DNA of 64,000 nucleotides from NCBI GenBank assembly GCA_964291295.2, contig OZ219754.1:288001-352000 (forward strand), in the 5' to 3' direction. This DNA comes from an uncultured Candidatus Binatia bacterium (GTDB taxonomy: Bacteria > Desulfobacterota > Binatia > UBA9968 > JAJDTQ01). Of this stretch, positions 1 to 10,091 are shown piece after piece; position 1 is the stretch's first letter; each line of letters opens with the position of its first letter. The notes below the pieces were generated by a model. The model was given only the letters and a program-made list of their open reading frames with translations. It was not told the DNA's origin and searched no databases. The position numbers were made by a program, and so were the translations under genes.

Positions 1-2
1 AG

Positions 3-257
3 CCGCTGGTCGGGGCGTGGGGCGGCAGCGCGGAAGCCTCCCTCGAAGGCAGGGACGGCCGGACCTACCTTGACCTGCGGCGGTTGAACACCGCGCTGCT
101 GGAAGCGGCGGGAGTACCCGGGGAACGGATCGCCAACATCGGCCCCTGCACCGCGTGCAACCCGGCCCAACTCTTCTCCTACCGGCGGGTGTCCAAGAGC
201 GGCGACGGCACCACGGGACGCCAGGCAAGCTTCATCGGCTGGCGGGAAGCGCCTTGA
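3..257 (+). CDS. pgeF: PgeF/YfiH-family protein, C-terminal part (truncated by window edge)
   Basis: Frame 3 reads ...TYLDLRRLNTALLEAAGVPGERIANIGPCTACNPAQLFSYRR...TGRQASFIG*, the typical YfiH C-terminus; not in the ORF track. Confidence 0.85.
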   Translation, partial: PLVGAWGGSAEASLEGRDGRTYLDLRRLNTALLEAAGVPGERIANIGPCTACNPAQLFSYRRVSKSGDGTTGRQASFIGWREAP

Positions 258-339
258 CCCGGGGAAACCGGGAACCCCGGCCCGGGAACGGAACCGGGAA
301 GAAAGCCGGAAACGGCAAGAAGGTTGGAAGCCCTGGCTG

Positions 340-376
340 AAAAAAGCCCCGGCTGACGCCTGGCCAGCCGGGGCTC
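340..376 (-). terminator. Rho-independent terminator
   Basis: Minus strand AGCCCCGGCTG-loop-CAGCCGGGGCT followed by a T run. Confidence 0.85.
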
Positions 377-427
377 GGTGTACTGTCGGAATTGACCAAG
401 ACCCTCAATTCCGAAAGGCTCGAGAGC

Positions 428-466
428 CTAGGTCTCAGTCACCTCGCAGCTGCATATGTCACTCAT
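428..466 (-). CDS. Putative 12-aa micropeptide MSDICSCEVTET (or ORF within a small RNA)
   Basis: ATG at 466, TAG at 428-430, AAAGGAGGTG 8 nt upstream; own promoter and terminator. Confidence 0.55.
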   Translation of the reverse strand: MSDICSCEVTET

Positions 467-498
467 ATTTTGACCACCTCCTTTCTCTGCTGGCTTGC

Positions 499-527
499 AT
501 CCTAAGGAAGAGGAACGTGTTTGTCAA
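499..527 (-). promoter_or_regulatory. sigma70-type promoter
   Basis: TTGACA (527-522), 17-nt spacer, TAGGAT (504-499). Confidence 0.75.
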
Positions 528-1168
528 ACTTTTGATGGACCTGGTCCGGATCGACTCGGGCGTCTCCCTGCCGGGGACCGCTTCGCGGCGAACGCCGCGG
601 CATTCCGCACCCGGGTGTCCGGGTCGTTGGCGGCGGCCTGCTCCAGGGCGGTCCGCACGTCCGCCCCGAGTTCCGACTCCTTCGCAAGGGCGGTGACCAC
701 CGCCACGCGCACCAGGGGTTCCGGGTCTTCGATGGCCTGGAGCAGGCCTGCCGGTACGCCCGCCCCGGCCGACCCGATGTCCCGCAGGCAGTAGACCGCC
801 ATGCGCCTTTGGGTGGGCGTACCGTGCCGCAGCAGATCCTTCAGGCGCACCTTGACCTCGGTATAGCGCGTTCCCAGGTCGGCGAGCAGCCGCTGTGTGG
901 CCCACCGGAGATCCGGGTCGAGGTTTCCGAGCCCCCGCTCGAGTACTTCGAGACAGGACGCGGACGGACGTGCGATCTGGCCAAGGGCATAGGCGAGGGG
1001 CCAGCGGGGCGCGGCGCGCAGCCGTTGGGCCAGCAGCCCGGCCACCCGGGCCTCCACCGCGGCCAGCGCCACCAGTTCTTCCACGGCGCGGCGGACCACC
1101 GCCTTGTCGGCCTGGTCCAGCGCATCGAGCAAGGTTGCCATGCGCCGGTTCGGGCATTCGCGTTGCAT
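524..1168 (-). CDS. HEAT-repeat protein (start may be ATG at 1141)
   Basis: Repeated D.D..VR..A..AL helical units. Confidence 0.8.
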   Translation of the reverse strand: MQRECPNRRMATLLDALDQADKAVVRRAVEELVALAAVEARVAGLLAQRLRAAPRWPLAYALGQIARPSASCLEVLERGLGNLDPDLRWATQRLLADLGTRYTEVKVRLKDLLRHGTPTQRRMAVYCLRDIGSAGAGVPAGLLQAIEDPEPLVRVAVVTALAKESELGADVRTALEQAAANDPDTRVRNAAAFAAKRSPAGRRPSRSGPGPSKV

Positions 1169-1186
1169 CGGCGGGTTGCGGACCGG

Positions 1187-2026
1187 CTACCGCGCCGGCA
1201 ATGAATGGAGCAGTTCCCGGCACCGGGCCGGGTAGTCCGTGATGATGCCATCGACCCCGAGCGCCAGCAGCTCCCGCATCTCGTCCACCTCGTTCACGGT
1301 CCAGACATGGACCTCGACGTCCCGCCGGTGGGCGGCGGCCACCAGCGCCGGCGTGACCAGATCCATGCCCTGGTGGCGCCGCGGGATCTGGAGCGCCTGT
1401 CCGGGGGCCTCCCGCGGCGGCTCCTGTCCGGTCCGGAGCGCGGTCACGAAGGTGCGGATCTCCCCGGTGGAGAATCCCGTGGCCACGGGCAGGCCGCGGC
1501 CCCGGATGACCGCGCGTGCGGCGTTCATGGCGGCATCGTCCTCGGCCGCCACCAGCACCTGCTCCGCCTTGCCGCACTCCTCCACGAGATCGAACAGCGT
1601 GTCCATGGCCGGCACCGGCAACTCCTTGATCTCCAGCGTCGCCCGGGCGCGGGGAAGGTCCGAGAAGAACTCCCGCAGGGTGGGGACGCGGATCCCCCGG
1701 CCACGGAACGGATGGCTGGCGCCGCCGTCGGGCGTGAAGCGGAAACCGGCGTCCAGCCGCCTCAACTCGGCCAGGTTCATTTCCCGTACCGTGCCGGCGC
1801 CGTCGGTGGTGCGCTGGACGGTATCGTCGTGGATGACGACGATCTCGCCGTCGCGGCTGGCGTGAACGTCCAGTTCGATGAAGCCTGCGCCATCATCGAG
1901 GGCGCGGCGGAACGACGCCAGCGTATTCTCCGGCATGAAGCCGGCCGCCCCGCGATGCCCCCCGATTCTGGGCGGGGGATCCGAGAAGAATGACGGACAG
2001 GATGGCTGCGAAGGTGCGTCGCTCAT
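1187..2026 (-). CDS. Glycerophosphodiester phosphodiesterase
   Basis: GHRGAAG..PENTL, IELDVH, HDDTVQRTT, WTVNE, GVDGIITDYP motifs. Confidence 0.92.
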   Translation of the reverse strand: MSDAPSQPSCPSFFSDPPPRIGGHRGAAGFMPENTLASFRRALDDGAGFIELDVHASRDGEIVVIHDDTVQRTTDGAGTVREMNLAELRRLDAGFRFTPDGGASHPFRGRGIRVPTLREFFSDLPRARATLEIKELPVPAMDTLFDLVEECGKAEQVLVAAEDDAAMNAARAVIRGRGLPVATGFSTGEIRTFVTALRTGQEPPREAPGQALQIPRRHQGMDLVTPALVAAAHRRDVEVHVWTVNEVDEMRELLALGVDGIITDYPARCRELLHSLPAR

Positions 2027-2360
2027 GGCCCGGGTGCGTCGGGTGCGGGATGGAATCGGGGACAATCCTTGAATTTTTGCTCCGCGGCACCTAAGATCGG
2101 TCGGATTGTCTCGTGCGTTATTATCCCGTTCGTGACCATCGTGCGTGACTATCTCATGTTTCCAGGATCGACACCCGTTGTCGATCACCATTGTATCGAG
2201 TGTCGACCACCATCGATTCCTGTGTTGATACCTGTGGCGACCTTTCCGGGTCAAGAGACCGGGCTGCGCACCTGGACGGCAGACCATGGAGCGGAGGCGC
2301 GAGGCCGAAGGGACAGGGGCGGGGCATGAACCACCGTAAAACGGCAGGCAAGGGGCGCTG

Positions 2361-3911
2361 ATGGCCGCGGAGGACCGTCTGCTCAGGCTGAAGGAACTGG
2401 ACCGCCGAGCGCAGCTCGGGGGCGGCGAGGTGCGCATTCGCCGGCAGCACCAGGAGGGCAAGCTGCTGGCGCGGGAACGTATCGAAATCCTGCTGGACCA
2501 GGGCAGCTTCGTGGAACTGGACCGTCTGCGGACCCACGAATGCACCGACTTCGACATGCAGGATCAGAAGATTCCCGGCGATGCCGTGGTGACGGGGTCC
2601 GGCACCATCGACGGCCGCACCGTATTCGTCTACGCCCAGGACTTCACCGTATTCGGGGGCAGCCTGAGCGGGGTGGTGGCGGACAAGATCTGCAAGGTCC
2701 AGGAGCTGGCCATGAAGAACGGCGCTCCCATCCTGGGCATCAACGACTCGGGGGGTGCGCGCATCCAGGAGGGGGTGGTCAGCCTGGACGGCTACGCCCG
2801 CATTTTCGCCAACAACGTCGCCGCCTCGGGCGTCGTCCCGCAGATTTCCGCCATCATGGGACCCTGCGCCGGCGGCGCGGTCTACTCGCCGGCCATCACC
2901 GACTTCATCTTCATGACCCGGAACACCGGGTACATGTTCATCACCGGGCCGGACGTCATCAAGACCGTCACCCACGAAGAGGTTTCCAAGGAAGAGCTGG
3001 GCGGGACCGAGACCCATACCCGCAAGAGCGGCGTGGCCCATTTCTCCGCGGACAACGACAAGGACTGCCTGCTCATGATACGCGAGTTCATGAGCTTTCT
3101 CCCCAGCAACAACCTGGAGGAACCGCCGTTCCGTCCGACCGAAGACGATCCCCAGCGGCGCGACCAGCGGCTGCCGCACGTGGTGCCGGCGAACCCCAAC
3201 CTTCCCTACGACATGAAGGATCTCATCGGCGTGGTGGTGGACGAGGGTTATTTCTATGAGGTCCACAAGGAGTTCGCGCCCAACATCGTGGTGGCGTTCG
3301 CGCGTCTGGGAGGGCGCACGGTGGGCATCGTCGGCAATCAGCCGGCCCATCTGGCCGGGTGCCTGGACATCAATGCGTCGGTGAAGGCGGCACGGTTCGT
3401 GCGCTTCTGCGACTGCTTCAACATACCGGTCATCACCTTCGTCGACGTTCCCGGCTTTCTGCCCGGCACCGATCAGGAGTACAACGGCATCATCCGCCAC
3501 GGCGCCAAGCTCCTGTTCGCCTACGCCGAGGCGACGGTGCCGAAGATCACCGTCGTCACCCGGAAGGCCTACGGCGGCGGCTACATCGTCATGGCCAGCA
3601 AGTTTCTGAAAGGCGACATAAATCTGGCCTACCCGGCCTCGGAGATCGCGGTGATGGGCCCGGAAGGCGCCATCAACATCGTCTTCCGCAGCGAGATCAA
3701 GGAGGCGAAGGACGAGAAGAAGACCCGGCAGAAGCTGGTGAACGACTACCGGAGAATGTTCGCCAACCCGTTCCGGTCCGCCGAGCTGGGCAACCTCGAC
3801 GCCATCATCGTGCCCGAGGACACCCGGCCCACGCTGATCCATGCGCTGGAGATGCTGAAGAAGAAGCGCGACAACAGCCTCCCGCGAAAACACGGCAACA
3901 TGCCGCTCTGA
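2361..3911 (+). CDS. pccB: Acyl-CoA (propionyl-CoA-type) carboxylase carboxyltransferase beta subunit
   Basis: DSGGARIQEG, GPCAGGAVYSPA, DVPGFLPG, RKHGNMPL C-terminus. Confidence 0.93.
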   Translation: MAAEDRLLRLKELDRRAQLGGGEVRIRRQHQEGKLLARERIEILLDQGSFVELDRLRTHECTDFDMQDQKIPGDAVVTGSGTIDGRTVFVYAQDFTVFGGSLSGVVADKICKVQELAMKNGAPILGINDSGGARIQEGVVSLDGYARIFANNVAASGVVPQISAIMGPCAGGAVYSPAITDFIFMTRNTGYMFITGPDVIKTVTHEEVSKEELGGTETHTRKSGVAHFSADNDKDCLLMIREFMSFLPSNNLEEPPFRPTEDDPQRRDQRLPHVVPANPNLPYDMKDLIGVVVDEGYFYEVHKEFAPNIVVAFARLGGRTVGIVGNQPAHLAGCLDINASVKAARFVRFCDCFNIPVITFVDVPGFLPGTDQEYNGIIRHGAKLLFAYAEATVPKITVVTRKAYGGGYIVMASKFLKGDINLAYPASEIAVMGPEGAINIVFRSEIKEAKDEKKTRQKLVNDYRRMFANPFRSAELGNLDAIIVPEDTRPTLIHALEMLKKKRDNSLPRKHGNMPL

Positions 3912-3934
3912 GAGCGGCCCGGGGTCGTCCGACG

Positions 3935-5473
3935 ATGTTCAAACGGATCCTGGTGGCCAACCGCGGCGAGATCGCCGTCCGAATCATCCGCGCGTGCCGG
4001 GAACTGGACATCCAGAGCGTGGCTGTCTATTCCGAGGCGGACCGAGAGGCGCTGCACGTCAAGTACGCCGACTACTCCTATCCGGTGGGGCCGGCTCCGT
4101 CCACGGAGAGCTATCTCCGGATCGATCGGATCATCAGCGCCGCCCGGAAGAGCCGGGCCGACGCCATTCACCCGGGCTACGGCTTTCTCGCCGAGAACCC
4201 GGCGTTCGCCCGGGCCTGCGAGGAAGCCGGCATCGTGTTTCTGGGGCCGTCCCCGGAAATCATCAAGCAGATGGGCGACAAGGTCCACGCCCGGGCGCTG
4301 ATGAAGAAAGCGGGGCTGCCGGTGATTCCGGGCTCCGACGACATCCTCAGTTCCGAGCAGGAGGTGCTGGAAACCGCCGACGCCATCGGCTACCCGTGCG
4401 TCCTCAAGGCGGTGGCGGGCGGCGGCGGCAAGGGGCTGCGGCTGGTGGAGTCCGGCGGCGAGATACGCTCGGCCTATCGCGCGGTGCGTTCCGAGGCGGC
4501 CTCATCCTTCGGCGACTCCCGCCTCTATGTCGAGAAGTACCTGGAGCACTGCCGTCACATTGAAGTCCAGCTGTTGGCCGACATCTACGGCAAGGTGCTG
4601 CACCTGTTCACTCGGGAGTGCTCCATCCAGCGGCGCCACCAGAAGATCATCGAGGAGTGCCCCGCGCCCACCATCGACACCCGGATGCAGAAAGCCATGG
4701 GCAAGACCGCGGCCCAGGGGGCCCGGGCGCTCGGCTACACCGGCGCCGGCACCATGGAATTCCTGGTGGACCGCAACCGGAACTTCTACTTTCTGGAGAT
4801 GAACACCCGCCTGCAGGTGGAACATGCCATCACCGAGCGGGTCATGGGCATCGATCTGGTCAAGGCGCAGATCCATGTCGCCGCGGGCACACCGCTGTCC
4901 TGGTCCCAGCGCCAGATCCGGCCCACCGGGCACGCCATCGAATGCCGCATCTACGCCGAGGACCCGGAGACCGATTTCATGCCCTGTCCGGGCAAGATCG
5001 AGGGCTTGCGGCTGCCCGAGGGATTCGGCATCCGCAACGACTGCGGCGTGTACGAGGGCGCCGAGATTCCCATCCACTACGACCCCATGATCGCCAAGCT
5101 CATCGTCTGGGGCGAGGATCGCGCGGAGGCCATACGGCGCCTCAAGCGGGCGTTGCGCGAGTACCAGGTCCGGGGGGTCAAGACCAACATCCCGTTCCAC
5201 CAGTGGCTGCTGCGCCACCCGCAGTTCATCGAGGGCGACGTCTACACCGGATTCGTGGACGACCAGCGGGGCTACATGACCATGGAGCAGGTCTATCCGG
5301 ACCGTCACGTGGCGCTGGCCTCGGCGGCCATCGTGGCGCTGCACCGGGAGCAGCAGCGCGCGCTCCGCATGGTGGAGAAGGGGGCGGCGGAGAAATCGGA
5401 GTGGCGCGAGGCCGGCCGCCGGGAGGCGCTGCGGCTTCGCTCCGACGGGTCCGCTCCCGGGCGCGGCTGGTAA
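3935..5473 (+). CDS. accC: Biotin carboxylase subunit
   Basis: MFKRILVANRGEIA, HPGYGFLAEN, ECSIQRRHQK, EMNTRLQVEH. Confidence 0.93.
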   Translation: MFKRILVANRGEIAVRIIRACRELDIQSVAVYSEADREALHVKYADYSYPVGPAPSTESYLRIDRIISAARKSRADAIHPGYGFLAENPAFARACEEAGIVFLGPSPEIIKQMGDKVHARALMKKAGLPVIPGSDDILSSEQEVLETADAIGYPCVLKAVAGGGGKGLRLVESGGEIRSAYRAVRSEAASSFGDSRLYVEKYLEHCRHIEVQLLADIYGKVLHLFTRECSIQRRHQKIIEECPAPTIDTRMQKAMGKTAAQGARALGYTGAGTMEFLVDRNRNFYFLEMNTRLQVEHAITERVMGIDLVKAQIHVAAGTPLSWSQRQIRPTGHAIECRIYAEDPETDFMPCPGKIEGLRLPEGFGIRNDCGVYEGAEIPIHYDPMIAKLIVWGEDRAEAIRRLKRALREYQVRGVKTNIPFHQWLLRHPQFIEGDVYTGFVDDQRGYMTMEQVYPDRHVALASAAIVALHREQQRALRMVEKGAAEKSEWREAGRREALRLRSDGSAPGRGW

Positions 5474-5478
5474 GGGCC

Positions 5479-5982
5479 ATGGCATTCATCGCGGAACTCG
5501 GCGGACAGACCTCGGTGGTGCGCATCACCGAGACCGGGAAGTCGCTCTACAAGGTGGTGGTGGACGGGAACGAGTTCATGGTGGACGGCAGGCGCACCGG
5601 CCGCAACAACTATTCGCTCCTGATCGACAACCGCTCCTTCGAGGTGGACGTGGACACCACCGAGGACGAGTACCGCGTCCTGCTCGACGGCCGCACCTAC
5701 CACATCCGCATGTCCGACGAGCGGCAGGTGCGCGTCGGCGGCCGGCAGGAGTCCACCGAAATGTCGGGCCGGCAGGAGGTGCGGATCCCCATGCCCGGCA
5801 AGGTGGTGGCCGTGCTGGTGAACGAGGGCGACGCCGTGACCAAGGGCCAGGGGCTGGTGATCGTCGAGGCCATGAAGATGGAGAACGAGGTGCGTGCACC
5901 CGGCAACGGCGCGGTCAGGGAGATCCGCATCAACGCCGGGGAGTCGGTGGAATCCGGGCAGGTGCTGGCGATCGTCGAATAA
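5479..5982 (+). CDS. Biotin carboxyl carrier protein
   Basis: PMPGKV...EAMKMENE biotinylation motif. Confidence 0.92.
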   Translation: MAFIAELGGQTSVVRITETGKSLYKVVVDGNEFMVDGRRTGRNNYSLLIDNRSFEVDVDTTEDEYRVLLDGRTYHIRMSDERQVRVGGRQESTEMSGRQEVRIPMPGKVVAVLVNEGDAVTKGQGLVIVEAMKMENEVRAPGNGAVREIRINAGESVESGQVLAIVE

Positions 5983-5988
5983 CCCCCC

Positions 5989-6750
5989 CTACGCCTTCCG
6001 TCTCATGAAGTAGACCAGCACGAGGGTGAGGCCGTAGAGGGCGGTCAACGGCAGCGCCAGCAACACCTGCGAGATCACGTCGGGCGGGGTCAGGACCGCG
6101 CCCAGAACGACGATGCCCAGCAAGGCGTAGGGGAACCGTCTGATCATCATCCGGTGATCGATGATCCCCGCCCGGGCCAGGAACACTCCCGCCACCGGCA
6201 ACTCGAAGACCACCCCGAAGGCCAGCATCAGCTTCGCCGAGAACGACAGGTACTCGCTCACCCGGATCGCCGGACGGACATCCAGTTGCCGGTACTGCTC
6301 CACGAAGAACCGATAACCGATGTCGAAGATGACCAGATAGCAGAAACCGGCTCCCAGCAGAAAGAACAGGGTACCGAAGGCGACGAAGCCCTTGGCATAG
6401 CGCTTTTCGCGGCGGTAGAGACCCGGCGCCACGAACCTCCAGGCGTGCCACAGCAACACGGGTAGAGCCAGGAAGAGGGCCGCCACGAACGCCACCTTCA
6501 ATTTCGCGAAGAACGCCTCGGCCACGCCGGTGCCGATGACGGTCAGGCCGGCAGCCTCCAGTCGGAGTAGCGGCGCGGTCATGAACCGGACGAGATGATC
6601 AGCCGCCAGATAGCAGGCGATGAAGCCTGCCAGCACGGCCAGCGCGGACTGGATGAGTCGGGAGCGGAGTTCTTCCAGGTGAGCCGTCAGCGGCATGCTG
6701 GCGTCGTCCGACAGCCGCTCCTCTCCGCCCGCCTCTTCGTCCGTGCTCAC
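5989..6750 (-). CDS. tatC: Twin-arginine translocase subunit TatC
   Basis: [32 protein letters not shown]; multiple TM helices. Confidence 0.95.
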   Translation of the reverse strand: MSTDEEAGGEERLSDDASMPLTAHLEELRSRLIQSALAVLAGFIACYLAADHLVRFMTAPLLRLEAAGLTVIGTGVAEAFFAKLKVAFVAALFLALPVLLWHAWRFVAPGLYRREKRYAKGFVAFGTLFFLLGAGFCYLVIFDIGYRFFVEQYRQLDVRPAIRVSEYLSFSAKLMLAFGVVFELPVAGVFLARAGIIDHRMMIRRFPYALLGIVVLGAVLTPPDVISQVLLALPLTALYGLTLVLVYFMRRKA

Positions 6751-7013
6751 TCTTTCCTGGCGGGATCGTCCGCTGGAGACAGGGTATTGGCGGGCTGGTC
6801 TTCCCCGGACGGTTCGGTGTTGTCGCTCAGCGGACGGCCGTCGAGCTCATCCGCGGCGGCCTCCATTTCCCGCTTCATGTCGTCGGTGGTGCGCCGAAAT
6901 TCGGCAATCCCCCGCCCCAGGGAACGTGCGATCTCCGGCAGCTTCCTGGGCCCGAGAACGATCAGGGCCACGGCCAGGATCAAGAGCAACTCAGGCATTC
7001 CGATACCGAACAT
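6747..7013 (-). CDS. Twin-arginine translocase TatA/TatB subunit
   Basis: [41 protein letters not shown]. Confidence 0.93.
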   Translation of the reverse strand: MFGIGMPELLLILAVALIVLGPRKLPEIARSLGRGIAEFRRTTDDMKREMEAAADELDGRPLSDNTEPSGEDQPANTLSPADDPARKE

Positions 7014-7755
7014 TCCGCCTCCCGCAACAAGGCTAAGGCATTTGCCGGAACGAGTCAAAGCGCAGTCCGCAGGACTGTCCCACGCTGCGTGTTTGTGCGG
7101 GCGGTGAGGTTTGGGTCAAGCACGGACGTTCTTGCGCTGGGGCAATCATACTTCGGGAATGTGGGAACGCATCTGCAAGGGGTCGAGCGCGATCCCGCGG
7201 CCGCATTCGGAGGACCCGGGCCTCAACGACGCCCGCAGGGCACCAGACCGCCCAAACCCATCCCCCGTCCACCGGGCCGGCGCTCATCCCTCGACACTAT
7301 CCCTACCGACAAGGATGGCGCCAAACACCCTTCCGCCCGGCTCTCGTCCCGACACAAACCTTCAGAAGGGACAGTCCTGGCCGCATTCAGGAAACCGGTG
7401 GCCTTTTCATGGAATACGGGATGGCGGCGAGCTGAGATGGAGAGGATGATGATCAAGGATTGGAAGCAGATGACGGTTGAGGAGAAATGGGAGAAGCAGG
7501 GCCTTTCCTGGTGGGAAACCGCTCCTTGGTGGTCAGACGGGGATACAGGCTAGAACTTGGTTCCTTGGACAAGACCTTGGCTTGAAGGGGGTTGACAGGG
7601 GGGGGGAGTAAGGGCTTGAAGGTAGCCGTGTTGCAGGTAGTGGTGTGTGCGACAGCAGGGCTATACGGCAAGGAATGTATCGGCTGTGTATCGGCTGTGT
7701 ATGGTGAAGCATTTCCGGGGTTGGCTGACGGCGACCGGATTACAGGAGGAGAACC

Positions 7756-8770
7756 ATGATGGCACAAGGTTATTTCAAGGACCGGTGGTGAGGGCGACGA
7801 CATCCTGACGGGCGGTATTGGCGACGATACGCTGGACGGCGGCATGGGCGACGACAGGCTGAACGGGGGCGACGGCGACGACCGGCTGTATGGCGGCAAC
7901 GGGGACGACACGGTGGAGGGGGGTTCTGGGAACGACTCCGTGTTCGGGGGGCAAGGCGACGACAGGCTGAGAGGCGGTCGGGGCGGGGACAAGCTGTTTG
8001 GCGGCTTGGGGGCGGACACTTTCGCATTCGCGGTGGGGGACGGTGCCGACAGGATCGTGGATTTCGAGGCGGGGGACACCATCGAGATTGCCGGGGTGTC
8101 TGGCGGGTTCCCGGAACTGGTGATCGAGCAGGAGGGCACCAATGCGGTCATCCGCTACGGCGAGGGAGACAGGATCACGTTGCAGGGCGTGACCGCGGCC
8201 TCTCTCGGCGCGGAGGATTTCCACTTCCTTCCGGTGGAGACGGGGGGCGAGGAGGGCGCCGCTCCGCAGGGCGACCCGCCGCAGGACAACGCTCAACAGG
8301 GTGCCCCTCAGCAAGGCGCTCCGGTGCAGGATACCCCGCAGGGTGGCAACGACGGCGACGCCTTGCGGGGCCAGCTCTTGGGCAGGAGGGTGCTCACGGG
8401 CGGCAAAGGCGCGGACACGCTGCGGGGTGGCGAGGACGACGACACGCTGAAGGGCGGTGCCGGTGCCGACATGCTGGGGGGTGGCAAGGGCGGCGATGTC
8501 CTGATGGGCCTTGAGGGCGACGATACGCTGCGGGGCCGCCAAGGCGACGATACGCTGCGGGGCGGTGCCGGTGCCGACATGCTGGAGGGAGGCAAGGGCG
8601 ACGACACGCTGGAGGGCGGGGAGGGCGGCGAATATGATGACCTGAATATTTCTCAAGATGGCAACGACACGATAATCAAAGCCCGTGAAGCCAGTGAAAC
8701 CTGGCAGATCGTTATCGAGGGCACAGTCGATTCGACTCTGGTTGAAAGCGATTTCTCTTTTATCGCGTGA
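7756..8770 (+). pseudogene. RTX-type (GGxGxD) calcium-binding protein, frameshifted near the start (in-frame ATG alternative at 7844)
   Basis: Many GGxGDDxLx nonapeptides; AGGAGGA plus ATG at 7756/7759 is one base out of frame with the repeat frame. Confidence 0.7.
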
Positions 8771-8797
8771 TCGGGACGTGACCTGATGTCGGAGAGG

Positions 8798-8822
8798 AAG
8801 GGCGGCCATGGGCCGCCCTTTT
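8798..8822 (+). terminator. Probable terminator after RTX gene
   Basis: AAGGGCGGCC-ATG-GGCCGCCCTT-TT hairpin. Confidence 0.65.
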
Positions 8823-9039
8823 CGCATCTCCGCATTGGCCCGCGCAGGGCCGCGTGACCTGCGGGTCCACTTCATGTGTCAACGACCTTCGGACGGCAAA
8901 TGACAGGCCGGGTTTCAACCCGGACTACGCAGCTCCTCCAACCCGGCAAGCTTGCGGGCATCGCCCTGCCCCCAGCCAGCTGCCGGCGGTCCGGCGCTTT
9001 GACTCCGTCCGCGGAGCGGTGGTATGCTCCGCGTCCAGC

Positions 9040-10077
9040 ATGCCTCGCTCCGCCACTCCTTCCGCCATCGTGGCCGACCCGGTGTTCCTCAGGCACCAGC
9101 CCGGCCCTCATCATCCCGAGAGCCCGCAGCGGCTGAAGACGCTCCTCCATCTCGCGGACGAGGTGGTGGGCGGCGGCAACGACTTCGAACGCCTGCCATT
9201 GCGCGCGGCGGTGCAGGGCGAACTGGAGTTGTGCCACGGCCCGGGCTACGTGGCGCAAGTGCGCTCCACATCCGAGCACGACCAGTGCGCGCTGGACGGC
9301 GACACCGTCACCTGCCGCGACTCCTTCGGAGTGGCACTGATGGCCGCCGGGGGGTTCCTGCAGGTGCTGGACGGCGTGGCGGCGGCCGAGTACGCCAACG
9401 GCTTCACCATGGTGCGGCCGCCGGGACACCACGCGCTGCGGGACCGGGCCATGGGTTTCTGCCTGTTCAACACCGTGGCCATCGGTGCGCGTTATCTCCA
9501 GAAGGTGCACGGAGCCGGGCGGGTGGCCATCGTGGACTGGGACGTGCACCACGGCAACGGCTCGCAGGACGCCTTCTACGACGACCCGTCGGTGCTCTTC
9601 CTGTCCACCCACCAGTACCCCTTCTACCCGGGGACCGGAGCCGCCCACGAGACAGGCAGCGGCGAGGGCGAAGGATACACCGTGAACGTCCCGCTTCCGG
9701 CGGGCTGCGGCAACGCCGAGTACCTGGCGGTCTTCAGGGAGATCATCGTCCCTGCCATCGAACGCTACCAGCCTGAATGGCTGCTGGTTTCGGCCGGCTT
9801 CGACGCGCACCGGGACGATCCTCTGGCGTCCATGACCGTCACCGAGGAAGGCTTCGGCGTCATGGCCGATGCCTTGCTGGAACTGGCCCGAAAACACGCC
9901 GGCGGCAGGATCGCCTTTCTGTTGGAGGGCGGCTATGACCTGACCGCGTTGCGCAACTCCGTGGCCACGGTGCTGGACCGCATGCGGTCCGACGAGGCCG
10001 CGCGGCTGGACAGCGACGGCGGTCGTGCCGCGGCGCGCATCCGGGAAGTCCTTCAGATCCACGAAAAGTACGGGTAG
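9040..10077 (+). CDS. Histone deacetylase-family (acetylpolyamine/AcuC-like) hydrolase
   Basis: HPESPQRL, RPPGHHA, GFCLFN, DWDVHHGNG, SAGFDAH, LEGGY. Confidence 0.93.
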   Translation: MPRSATPSAIVADPVFLRHQPGPHHPESPQRLKTLLHLADEVVGGGNDFERLPLRAAVQGELELCHGPGYVAQVRSTSEHDQCALDGDTVTCRDSFGVALMAAGGFLQVLDGVAAAEYANGFTMVRPPGHHALRDRAMGFCLFNTVAIGARYLQKVHGAGRVAIVDWDVHHGNGSQDAFYDDPSVLFLSTHQYPFYPGTGAAHETGSGEGEGYTVNVPLPAGCGNAEYLAVFREIIVPAIERYQPEWLLVSAGFDAHRDDPLASMTVTEEGFGVMADALLELARKHAGGRIAFLLEGGYDLTALRNSVATVLDRMRSDEAARLDSDGGRAAARIREVLQIHEKYG

Positions 10078-10091
10078 AGCGGCGGGCGCAC

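Noticed and set aside
340-500. 6S RNA or a 16S rRNA fragment
   Set aside because: No long irregular hairpin with a central bubble; the 16S similarity is limited to ~15 nt and is antisense relative to the promoter
7089-7553. ORF ending in a Trp-rich peptide (MMIKDWKQ...)
   Set aside because: No recognisable motif and atypical composition; cannot be supported as a gene
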